Source: a virus
Lineage: Duplodnaviria; Caudoviricetes
Direction: 5' to 3' (one strand)
Length of the DNA: 64,000 nucleotides
Virus record (IMG/VR): IMGVR_UViG_3300028805_003982
Position 1 is the stretch's first letter, and every line of letters starts with the position of its first letter. The notes under the pieces are model-generated. The model was not told where the DNA came from, searched no databases, and saw nothing but the letters and a program-made list of their open reading frames with translations. Positions 29,422-38,384 of the stretch are shown one piece after another. The translations under genes and the position numbers were made by a program.

Positions 29422-29435
29422 GAGGATAATGCTGT

Positions 29436-32400
29436 ATGAGTAGTTATAACTTAGTTCTCGCGTCAGATGAAATGACGGTAATGGATGAGTACACTCCGGA
29501 AGGTCAGAACAGAGTGCAGTATCAGACCGAAGCTGAACTTGAAGCCGATATGATTAAAAGACTTCAGACCCAAGGTTATGATTATCCTGCTATCCACAAT
29601 TTCGATGAAGCCTTAGCCAATCTTCGCGCTTGTCTTGAAGAACTTAATGATTTCAAGTTTAATGATCCTGAATGGAGGCGGTTCCTTGATACTTATATTC
29701 TCAAAAAGGGTGATGGCATTAAGGAAAAGACAAGAACTATTCAGACAGATCATATCAAGGCGTTTGTCTGTGATGACGGCAGAACTGTAAATATCAGACT
29801 TATTGATAAGAATAATGTTCATAACAATAAGGTTCAGGTCATAAATCAGTACGAAACAAGCGGAAATCATGATAATCGCTACGATGTCACTATCCTTATC
29901 AACGGTTTGCCTCTTGTTCACTGTGAGCTGAAAAGGCGTGGTATCGCTCTTAAACAGGCATTTAATCAGATCGACCGCTATCAGCGTGATTCATTCTGGG
30001 CAGATAATGGGCTTTTCGAGTATGTTCAGATATTCGTTATCTCAAACGGTACTCATACCAAGTATTACTCAAATACGACACGCTGGAACGCTGTTGAAGA
30101 GAACAATGGCAAGCGCAAGGCTGTTCGTTCCGGATCTAATTCCTTCGAGTTTACTTCTTTCTGGGCCGATGCATCTAATAGGACAATTCAGGATATCGTT
30201 GATTTCATCAAGACATTCTTTGATAAAGGTACGCTGTTGAAGATACTGGCTAAGTATTGTGTCTTCACTGCTGATGAAACACTGATGGTTATGAGACCGT
30301 ATCAGATTGCAGCTGTTGAGAGAATCCTTACTAAGATCAAGATTGCCGAGAATTATAAGAAGTTTGGAACTACTGATGCAGGCGGATATATCTGGCACGC
30401 AACGGGTTCTGGTAAGACGCTCACATCTTTCAAGACAGCTCAGCTTGCAACAAATATGGACTGCATCGATAAGGTCTTGTTTGTTGTTGATAGAAACGAT
30501 TTGGACTATCAGACAATGCGTGAGTATGACCGTTTCGAGAAGGGTGCTGCTAATGGTAATAAGAGTACAAGAGTGCTTACAAGACAGCTTGAGGATAAGG
30601 ATAAAGACGGTAATCATCACGAGTATAAGATAATCATTACGACTATTCAGAAGCTCGGATACTTTATTAAGAGCAATCCTCAGCATCCGATATATGGTAA
30701 GAATGTCGTTATGATCTTCGATGAATGCCATAGAAGCCAGTTTGGTGAGTATCATGTAGCGATAACAAGTCATTTCAAAAAGTATGCTATCTTCGGTTTT
30801 ACCGGAACTCCTATCTTTGCAGAAAACTCCGGGAGCGGTAAGATTCCCAATCTTCGTACTACTGAACAGGCTTTCGGACAGAGATTGCATACTTATACTG
30901 TTGTTGATGCTATTGGCGATAAGAATGTACTGCCGTTCAGAGTTGATTATTACAATACTATCAAGGCTACAACAGCAGATGGTACTTTGATTGAAGATAT
31001 TGATGATGAGAAGATCGTTCTTGCTGAACCGAGAGTGCAGGATATTGTTCATTATATCCTTACACACTTCGACCAGAAGACTATGCGTAATGCTAAGGCG
31101 TATAGCTTTAATTCATTGCAGAACATTAAAGATGTGGCAAGCGGACAGGCTCAGGAGAAGAAAAAGACTGTTAAAAGACAGGGTTTTAATTCTATTTTTG
31201 CTGTATCGTCAATTAATGCGGCAAAGGTGTATTACACTGAGTTTAAAAAGCAGATGGAAGCCGATCCGTCTTTGCGTAGGAATGTGGCTTTGATATATAG
31301 CTACGGCGTAAACAATGACGATGATGGTCTTGGCTTTATCGACGAGAACTCGGAAGATACATCCGCTCTTGATGTCCAGGACAGAGATTTCCTTGATTTA
31401 GCAATAGATGACTATAACAAGATGTTTGGTACGCAGTACAGTACCGACAATAATCTGTTTGCCAATTACTATAAGGATCTATCTTTGAGAATGAAGAATG
31501 GCGAGGTTGACATCCTTATCGTCGTTAATATGTTCCTGACCGGATTTGATGCTGTCACCTTGAACACATTATGGGTTGATAAGCATTTGATTCATCACGG
31601 ACTGATACAGGCGTTTTCAAGAACTAATCGTATCCTTAATTCCGTAAAGGCATACGGCAATATCGTATGCTTCAGGAATTTGCGCAAGGAAGTAGATGAT
31701 GCCATAGCGTTGTTTGGTGACAAAGAAGCCGGCGGAATCATTCTGTTGAAGTCTTATAATGACTACTACTATGGTTATGATGAAACGGTTAAGGGTAAGA
31801 CAAAACATCACTTAGGCTATAAAGATACGATTGAACGTCTTACAAGTAATTATGCATTGCCTTGTATTCTCGTTACCAACGAAGAGAAGAAAGATTTTAT
31901 CAAACTGTTTGGTAGTACATTAAGACTTCAAAACATTCTCCGTTCATTTGATGAATTTGAAGGTAATCAGATATTGACTGATGCTGATATGCAGGACTAT
32001 TTAAGCATCTATGTTGATCTGCACGACGAGTTCAAGGTAGTTCAGGTTAAAGAGGATGTTAGCGCCGATATAATCTTTGAAATGGATCTTGTTAAACAGA
32101 TTGTGGTTAATATCGACTATATTCTTCAGTTAATTGAGCAGTATAAGGGTTCTTTGAAGAAGGATAAGGAGATCCCGGTCGATGTTATTTATCGTGCTAT
32201 TGATGCCAATCCTGAATTAAGACCCAAAAAAGAATTGATTGAGAGATTCATAGCTACCATTGATAATGTAAATGATATTTATTCTTCTTGGGTAGAGTTC
32301 AAAGAAAAGCAGAAAGAAGCCGATTTTACATTTCTTATTAATAAAGAAGATTTAAAAATGCCTGAGACGCAGTTGCTTGTGGAGAAGATATTTAGACTGA

Positions 32401-32543
32401 ACACATTCGAAGTGTCCGATGCGGATCTTTCTGATATCATACCGCCTATGCCGAGATTTGGCGGTGGTATGGCTAAGAGACTGGAAAAGAAAACAAGAGT
32501 CTTAGAATTGTTAAATGAGTTCTTCATTAAGTACAGTGATTGA
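29436..32543 (+). CDS. hsdR: Type I restriction endonuclease subunit R
   Basis: RYDVTILINGLPLVHCELK nuclease motif, HATGSGKT, DECH, FTGTP, MFLTGFD, QAFSRTNR. Confidence 0.97.
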   Translation: MSSYNLVLASDEMTVMDEYTPEGQNRVQYQTEAELEADMIKRLQTQGYDYPAIHNFDEALANLRACLEELNDFKFNDPEWRRFLDTYILKKGDGIKEKTRTIQTDHIKAFVCDDGRTVNIRLIDKNNVHNNKVQVINQYETSGNHDNRYDVTILINGLPLVHCELKRRGIALKQAFNQIDRYQRDSFWADNGLFEYVQIFVISNGTHTKYYSNTTRWNAVEENNGKRKAVRSGSNSFEFTSFWADASNRTIQDIVDFIKTFFDKGTLLKILAKYCVFTADETLMVMRPYQIAAVERILTKIKIAENYKKFGTTDAGGYIWHATGSGKTLTSFKTAQLATNMDCIDKVLFVVDRNDLDYQTMREYDRFEKGAANGNKSTRVLTRQLEDKDKDGNHHEYKIIITTIQKLGYFIKSNPQHPIYGKNVVMIFDECHRSQFGEYHVAITSHFKKYAIFGFTGTPIFAENSGSGKIPNLRTTEQAFGQRLHTYTVVDAIGDKNVLPFRVDYYNTIKATTADGTLIEDIDDEKIVLAEPRVQDIVHYILTHFDQKTMRNAKAYSFNSLQNIKDVASGQAQEKKKTVKRQGFNSIFAVSSINAAKVYYTEFKKQMEADPSLRRNVALIYSYGVNNDDDGLGFIDENSEDTSALDVQDRDFLDLAIDDYNKMFGTQYSTDNNLFANYYKDLSLRMKNGEVDILIVVNMFLTGFDAVTLNTLWVDKHLIHHGLIQAFSRTNRILNSVKAYGNIVCFRNLRKEVDDAIALFGDKEAGGIILLKSYNDYYYGYDETVKGKTKHHLGYKDTIERLTSNYALPCILVTNEEKKDFIKLFGSTLRLQNILRSFDEFEGNQILTDADMQDYLSIYVDLHDEFKVVQVKEDVSADIIFEMDLVKQIVVNIDYILQLIEQYKGSLKKDKEIPVDVIYRAIDANPELRPKKELIERFIATIDNVNDIYSSWVEFKEKQKEADFTFLINKEDLKMPETQLLVEKIFRLNTFEVSDADLSDIIPPMPRFGGGMAKRLEKKTRVLELLNEFFIKYSD

Positions 32544-32557
32544 TATAGGAGAGTAAT

Positions 32558-32749
32558 ATGCCCAGACCCAGAAAAGAAGGTAAAGTAATAAATTATTATG
32601 TACGGAAGGACTTGGTTGACCGTCTTGATGCTTATTCTGAGAAGTCGTTGATACCGAAAACTTCCATTATTGAGGTTGCTCTTAAGGAGTACCTGGATAA
32701 GGTTGATCCAATCGAAGAAGAAAATAAAAAAATGAAGCAAGTTACTTAG
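32558..32749 (+). CDS. Ribbon-helix-helix (CopG-like) DNA-binding protein
   Basis: INYYVRKDLVDRLDAYS...PKTSIIEVALKEYL. Confidence 0.75.
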   Translation: MPRPRKEGKVINYYVRKDLVDRLDAYSEKSLIPKTSIIEVALKEYLDKVDPIEEENKKMKQVT

Positions 32750-32765
32750 TGATGAGGAGATAAAA

Positions 32766-33230
32766 ATGACTGATTTAAATGAATTGTTTTGTGTCATTTC
32801 ACAATCAAGTATGTCCGATGAAGATAAAAGAAAATCAACGGAAAAGGTATTGAGTTCTGTTAATTTGTTTATAGATTATGTGAGTCATGTCTGCAGAATG
32901 GATGCTTTTATTGCTTCTGTTACAGATTATAATTCTATGACAGACGCAAAGGTCAACAGTATGGATAGAACTCGCACTCAAATTCACAACAACTGTATCC
33001 AGGCTTGCCGAGACTTAAACAAATTGTGTGCAGAGCTTAAAATAGACCCTGTTTGCAATTTCCCTCTGGAAAATCGTTACCAAGTCGCAGATTTTTGCGG
33101 GGCTGTTGTCGGTGCAATATTTTTAAAAGACAGAGATCTTGGCAGTTTTGATGAAATAATTAACAGATTTGAGTTTACAAACACCTATCTTCGTCACGTT
33201 ACAGAAAAGGATTTTAACCATGGAATGTAA
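32766..33230 (+). CDS. DUF3232-like protein (...FNHGM)
   Basis: YV..V..M....DR.RT..HN.CI.....LN.LC...R..VADF pattern. Confidence 0.65.
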   Translation: MTDLNELFCVISQSSMSDEDKRKSTEKVLSSVNLFIDYVSHVCRMDAFIASVTDYNSMTDAKVNSMDRTRTQIHNNCIQACRDLNKLCAELKIDPVCNFPLENRYQVADFCGAVVGAIFLKDRDLGSFDEIINRFEFTNTYLRHVTEKDFNHGM

Positions 33231-33570
33231 GATTGTTGAACCTAATAAGCACATTATATATATGTTCGAATACTTCCAAATAGAAGTGTATTTACTGGAT
33301 CTTTCTAACACAAATACAACTATTCCGGTCATCAAAGTCCGATCCAACGACGAAATAGCCGGAACCTTTTCGGGTGTGCTTTACCCTGATATAATCTATA
33401 TGGAAGGTAGTGGTGAGTTTGCCATTAACACCCGAATGAGCCCTCTGTATCTTTTAGAAGAGGATTTTGAAATGAATAAGCTTGCTTTTGAAAGAAGTAT
33501 GGCTTTTGTCCGCGAAGCTAATGCTTTCTTTGCAGCACATGATTGGTTCGGAAACGAAAAGACCAAATAA
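33220..33570 (+). CDS. Hypothetical protein
   Basis: AAAGGA RBS before ATG 33220. Confidence 0.6.
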   Translation: MECKIVEPNKHIIYMFEYFQIEVYLLDLSNTNTTIPVIKVRSNDEIAGTFSGVLYPDIIYMEGSGEFAINTRMSPLYLLEEDFEMNKLAFERSMAFVREANAFFAAHDWFGNEKTK

Positions 33571-33795
33571 TACCTGTCATAGATCCATCAACTATCTTTA
33601 GCCCTTTCTAACAGCCTGCTGCAAAGCAGGTTGTGCTTGCGTGCGAAAAAATCTCAAAAACGCCTCTTTTTTAATTTTTTGCTGTCATAATTAAAAATAA
33701 TGGTTTAATAGCGGTAATACTTACGGTTTAACAACGGGTATATGTTATAATGAACCTGTAAGTAACATACGTCTGTTCATTAAAGGAGGCAAAGT

Positions 33796-34668
33796 ATGAA
33801 ATTGATCAAAGCTAATAAGCACGGATTTACGTTAATGGAGATCGTTATTGTCGTTGCGATTATCGTCATCCTTACCGGTTTGGTCGGCGGACTTACTATC
33901 AGCCAAATCAAGCAGTACCGTGAATGGAATGATTATGCCAAAGAGCATTTTGGCGAGAACTGGGAGAAGGAAGCCCGTCTTCAGATCGATAATATGATGA
34001 AGAACCCCGGTGCAGGCGGCGGCAGTGGCGGAAGCGGCGGCGGTTCAGGAGAAGGCAGCCCTGAAGACCCCAGGATCGCTATAGACCAGTCTATCAGGGC
34101 AAAGTATCAGGAACTGATCGATAAGGGTGTTCCTGAATCGGATATCCACGTAACGATCGACGGTGACGGTTATTGGACAGCTATCACATGGGCATCAGAC
34201 AATCCTATTTCTGATGATCCTACGCCTGCAGACCCTACCAAGGAGCCTACCAAGCCGGCTGATCCAACAACACCACCTACAACGCCGCCTACGACTCCGC
34301 CTACGCAGACACCGACGACACCGCCTACGTCAACTCCTACTCAGGCACCCAGCAATACTGGAATTGCCCCTTCAAGTGGCGTAAGCGCCGACGGTAAGTT
34401 TAAGGTAACATCTACAGGTGCTAACAGCGTTCATCTGGTCAATGCCACCAATTCCGGTGATACAGTCGATTTCAGCATTGCCAATAACGGTGGTAAGTAT
34501 ACCCTTACGATCACCGGCGGTAACAAGTGGGTGCTCGCCAATAACTCAAACGGCATCTTTGACCGTGAAGGCATTTACTTCTGGGCATACAATACTCCTA
34601 CATTTTCAGTAGAGTTAACACCTAATCTTGTTAATTATTTCCGTAACACTTTAGGTTTTAATATCTGA
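33796..34668 (+). CDS. Prepilin-type (type IV pilin N-methylation motif) surface protein with Gly-rich and Pro/Thr linkers
   Basis: KHG|FTLMEIVIVVAIIVIL class III signal; GGGSGGSGGGSG; (PTTP)n linker. Confidence 0.85.
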   Translation: MKLIKANKHGFTLMEIVIVVAIIVILTGLVGGLTISQIKQYREWNDYAKEHFGENWEKEARLQIDNMMKNPGAGGGSGGSGGGSGEGSPEDPRIAIDQSIRAKYQELIDKGVPESDIHVTIDGDGYWTAITWASDNPISDDPTPADPTKEPTKPADPTTPPTTPPTTPPTQTPTTPPTSTPTQAPSNTGIAPSSGVSADGKFKVTSTGANSVHLVNATNSGDTVDFSIANNGGKYTLTITGGNKWVLANNSNGIFDREGIYFWAYNTPTFSVELTPNLVNYFRNTLGFNI

Positions 34669-34716
34669 GCATAGCTGTTTGGCAGTTGGCATATCATCTT
34701 AACAGATAACTCATAA

Positions 34717-34746
34717 AAGCCCCGTCCTTAACCGGGCGGGGTTTCT
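34717..34746 (+). terminator. Rho-independent terminator
   Basis: CCCGTCC-TTAACC-GGGCGGG followed by GTTTCTT. Confidence 0.65.
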
Positions 34747-34768
34747 TAAATAACAGGAAGGGAATAGT

Positions 34769-34975
34769 GTGGAATCCAAAATGAGTATTGTCAAACCTTA
34801 TTTGTGGCTGCCGGTTAATGACCCGCAGCTTTTCACGCCCGGCGGTGATCCGCTTTACAGATGCCCTAAGTGCGGCAAAGGCGTGCATTGTAACGGGGTC
34901 GAATTCCCGAACCGTCTTGACAGTTGTCCCGATTGCGGGGTTTCCATTGACGGTTATGCAGATGATCACGCCTGA
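34769..34975 (+). CDS. Small zinc-ribbon protein
   Basis: CPKCG...CPDCG. Confidence 0.65.
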   Translation: MESKMSIVKPYLWLPVNDPQLFTPGGDPLYRCPKCGKGVHCNGVEFPNRLDSCPDCGVSIDGYADDHA

Positions 34976-35007
34976 GGTAACCGTTTGTATGAAGGAGATT
35001 TAAGAAA

Positions 35008-35301
35008 ATGGTCGTAAAAGCATTAAAGTGCGATGATGATACTCCGAACTGTACTGAGTTTGTTTATCTTCACGGAAGGTTCGAAGATGATAACGGATAT
35101 GATCTCATCTATTGTGAGCAGCTGCCCGCAAAGGACGGCATCTATGATTGCGACGTTGTGATAAACGATGTGGCGGCTCCCGGGAAACTTTTCTTCTGGA
35201 GGGTAGGGAAGACTAACAGAGGTCTTGTGGTAAGTCTTGATGATCCGGAGCATTTGAAAGATGCAAAGGCGAAGTTCGATAAAAGATCGGTTTGGCTTTG
35301 A
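35008..35301 (+). CDS. Hypothetical protein
   Basis: AAGGAG RBS. Confidence 0.65.
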   Translation: MVVKALKCDDDTPNCTEFVYLHGRFEDDNGYDLIYCEQLPAKDGIYDCDVVINDVAAPGKLFFWRVGKTNRGLVVSLDDPEHLKDAKAKFDKRSVWL

Positions 35302-35344
35302 TCTGCAGGTGTTGTAACACTGTTAAAGAAAGGGAAAATAATTA

Positions 35345-36688
35345 ATGTCAGGTGTTGTGAAAGCAGTTTCTAAGGCGTTTGAAGTGGAGTCGGTAAGGAA
35401 AAGGCTCCTTTATACTTTAGGCATACTGGCTCTTTTTATGTTAGGCGGACTGATCCCGGTTCCCGGTCTGGACGGAGCTAAGTTTACGGAGCTTATAAGG
35501 CAGTGGGGGCAGCTCGGGTCCATTATGGACTTTGTATCAGGCGGAGGCCTTTATCACGCAACCATCTTTGCTCTCGGAGTTTCACCCTACATCAATGCGT
35601 CTATCATAATCCAGCTTCTTCAGGTAGTGATCCCCCGGTTGGAGGAGCTTTCTAAAGAAGGGGAAGCAGGAAGGAAGACGATCACACGCATTACACGAGT
35701 ATCTGCTGTATGTCTTGCTTTTATTCAGTCCTGTTTGTTCTGCTATTCAACCAGAAGTGCAATGGTGCCTTCGCTGCCCGCATGGCTTAACGCAATGCTC
35801 GTGATCGTTTCGTTTACGGCAGGTTCCTGCCTTGTTGTCTGGTTGGGTGAGAAGATCAATGACAAGGGTATCGGAAACGGCGTATCCCTTATCATCTTCG
35901 CAGGCATCGTAACAAGACTCCCTGATATGGCAAGGAGTTTATATGTAAAATGTACCGACATCGCAGTTTCTTTCGATAACCGGGTAATAGGAACGGTACT
36001 CGGCATTTTGACTTTTATCGGGATTTCCGTTATAAGTGTCGGCATCATCGTGTTTGTTTTGTATGTTCAGTGTGCGGAAAGGCGCATTCCCGTTCAGTAT
36101 TCCAAGAAGGTCGTTGGCAGATCTCAACGGGGCGGCAATAAGGACTACATTCCTTTGAAGGTCAACCAGTCAGGTGTTATGCCCGTAATCTTTGCGATGA
36201 GCATCCTGGCAGTACCTTCCATGATCGTAATGCTGTTTTTCAAGAACAGCGAAAGTCCCGTTGCCAAGTTCTTTGCCGGGGCATTTACAGGCAGCGTATG
36301 GTACTACATAGCGTATTTCCTGTTCATCATCGGATTTACATTCTTTTATTCGTCGATACAGTTTCACCCGACGGAGATCGCCAACAATCTCGCCAAGAAC
36401 GGCGGCAGTATAAGCGGAATAAGACCCGGAAAACCCACGGCTGATTTTATTAAGAGAACGGCTTTCCGTCTTAATTGGGCTGATGCAGCCTTTTTATCTT
36501 TAGTTTGCATTGTTCCGACGGTTATCGGCATCTTAACCGGTTTTCAGAACGTCTGGTTTGCGGGAACATCTGTCCTCATTCTTACGGGTGTGGCTAACGA
36601 TATGTCTATGCAGATAGACAGTGAAGTGGAAGTAAGAAGTCCCAAGGGCTTCTTGGACAATATATTGATCAAGACAGTAAAAGCATAA
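35345..36688 (+). CDS. secY: Preprotein translocase subunit SecY (stand-alone copy)
   Basis: IFALGVSPYINASIIIQLL, WLGEKI..KGIGNGVSLIIFAGI, RRIPVQY, IPLKVNQSGVMPVIFA, GIRPGKPT, GTSVLI; about 10 hydrophobic helices. Confidence 0.95.
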   Translation: MSGVVKAVSKAFEVESVRKRLLYTLGILALFMLGGLIPVPGLDGAKFTELIRQWGQLGSIMDFVSGGGLYHATIFALGVSPYINASIIIQLLQVVIPRLEELSKEGEAGRKTITRITRVSAVCLAFIQSCLFCYSTRSAMVPSLPAWLNAMLVIVSFTAGSCLVVWLGEKINDKGIGNGVSLIIFAGIVTRLPDMARSLYVKCTDIAVSFDNRVIGTVLGILTFIGISVISVGIIVFVLYVQCAERRIPVQYSKKVVGRSQRGGNKDYIPLKVNQSGVMPVIFAMSILAVPSMIVMLFFKNSESPVAKFFAGAFTGSVWYYIAYFLFIIGFTFFYSSIQFHPTEIANNLAKNGGSISGIRPGKPTADFIKRTAFRLNWADAAFLSLVCIVPTVIGILTGFQNVWFAGTSVLILTGVANDMSMQIDSEVEVRSPKGFLDNILIKTVKA

Positions 36689-36737
36689 ATGCTGTTAAGG
36701 GTTAGGAAATTACATTGCGAATGGAAAGGAAAGAACT

Positions 36738-37160
36738 ATGGGGCTTACATTGACAGCTAACAAATCTAATTATTCTTTTGATATGGGAGCCGGCGGGTTT
36801 TTTAATCTTAGAGCGAACATAGCGGATCTGTTTGACGAACAGTTCGGTGAACATTACAGAAAATTATTGAAATGCTATTACCAGAAAGATTACGAAGAGC
36901 ACGACCGTATAGCAAATGAGATTCTGTCGCACCCAAGATTTAAAGAGGAAGACGAAGACATTTTGGATTTCCTGTACGCCTCTGATTGTGATGGGAAGAT
37001 CAGTTATAAGACTTGCGGAAAGCTGTACAACCTGATAAAAGATCATGATTTCAGCAATGAATGCTTCCGCTATGCGGCATATGCGCACAACGATTACGAA
37101 GAGCTAAAGGGGTTTCTTAAAGAATGTTATTCGCACAGAAGAAACGCATATTGGAGGTAG
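36738..37160 (+). CDS. Hypothetical protein
   Basis: AAAGGA RBS; FLYASDCDGKI motif. Confidence 0.7.
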   Translation: MGLTLTANKSNYSFDMGAGGFFNLRANIADLFDEQFGEHYRKLLKCYYQKDYEEHDRIANEILSHPRFKEEDEDILDFLYASDCDGKISYKTCGKLYNLIKDHDFSNECFRYAAYAHNDYEELKGFLKECYSHRRNAYWR

Positions 37161-37166
37161 GGGATT

Positions 37167-38384
37167 ATGGAAAACAAATGGATCAGAGCGGCAGTGCCTG
37201 CACTTTTGATACACTGTTCCATCGGCACGGTGTATTGCTGGAGCACTTTTAAGGAGGCTATCGCCACAGCGATAGGGATGAGCCCTTTCGCAATTGGCTG
37301 GGCGTTTTCCTTTGCGATATTCTTCCTCGGTATGTCCGCAGCCTTTGCGGGCAAGCTGGTCGAGCTGAATATCCACAAGTCGTCTCTTGTATCCGCGATC
37401 TGTTTCACGGTCGGAATGATCGGCACGGGTCTTACGATCAATTATTGCAAAGGCGTATTGGCATTGATACTTATCTATCTGTTTTACGGTTGTATTATGG
37501 GTATCGGTCTTGGCGTCGGATATTTAACGCCGGTCAAGACGCTGATGTTATGGTTTAAGGATAATAAAGGTCTTGCCACGGGTATCTCGATAATGGGGTT
37601 TGGGCTTGCCAAAGCGATCGCAACACCCGTTATGGAGCTTTTGCAGAAAAAGTGCGGAATATCTGCAATGTTTATCGTTTTAGGCGGTTGCTATTTTGTT
37701 CTGATGATGTTAGGCCATCTGCTTCTGAAAAAGCCTTCCGGCTGGGTTGAAGACAATGCAACGAACAATGAGTTCAAAGTCAGCTCCATGCTCAAAGACA
37801 AGACATTCATCGGCATCTGGCTTATCTTCTATATCAACATCCACTGCGGTCTGATGCTCATTACCTATGAAAAACAATTGCTTAACGAGAAGTTTGCAGG
37901 TCTTGCGATACTTACTGCGATAGTCAGCGTCGTGCCTTCTGTAACTGCCGTATGTAACGCCCTCGGCCGTATAGGGTATTCTACCATTTCCGATAAGATG
38001 AAAGACCGTGCGACGGTTTACGGTATCATATTCCTGTCCTGTATCCTGATCTGCTGCGCAGGCACTCTTGTCGGCAACGGTTATGTGATAATTGCGCTGC
38101 TCATGATAATCAACCTTGGCTACGGCGGCGGTTTCTCAACGCTTCCGGCTCTTCTTGAGTCGCGTTTCGGCATGAAGAACATATCAAAGATACACGGCCT
38201 CGCCCTGTCCGCGTGGGCTATCGCAGGATTGACCGGCAACAATACTTCTGAGTTGCTCTTAAAGAGCACAAACAATAATTATGGATATATCATAGCGACA
38301 GCTACGATGCTATATTCGATAGCTTGGTTCATATATTTCATGATGGTTAGGACAGGCGCGGATAGAAAGCAGGCCGGATCATGA
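37167..38384 (+). CDS. OFA-family (oxalate/formate antiporter-like) MFS transporter
   Basis: HCSIGTVYCWS, GLGVGYLTPVKTLMLWF, GLATGISIMGFG, YGGGFSTLP; about 12 hydrophobic helices. Confidence 0.9.
   Translation: MENKWIRAAVPALLIHCSIGTVYCWSTFKEAIATAIGMSPFAIGWAFSFAIFFLGMSAAFAGKLVELNIHKSSLVSAICFTVGMIGTGLTINYCKGVLALILIYLFYGCIMGIGLGVGYLTPVKTLMLWFKDNKGLATGISIMGFGLAKAIATPVMELLQKKCGISAMFIVLGGCYFVLMMLGHLLLKKPSGWVEDNATNNEFKVSSMLKDKTFIGIWLIFYINIHCGLMLITYEKQLLNEKFAGLAILTAIVSVVPSVTAVCNALGRIGYSTISDKMKDRATVYGIIFLSCILICCAGTLVGNGYVIIALLMIINLGYGGGFSTLPALLESRFGMKNISKIHGLALSAWAIAGLTGNNTSELLLKSTNNNYGYIIATATMLYSIAWFIYFMMVRTGADRKQAGS

Noticed and set aside
34215-34350. Short repeated units that could be taken for an array
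   Set aside because: They encode the Pro/Thr linker of the pilin-like protein and are degenerate at third codon positions.
35345-36688. Accessory SecA2/SecY2 system or chromosomal spc operon
   Set aside because: No secA2, asp, glycosyltransferase or ribosomal-protein genes are nearby.
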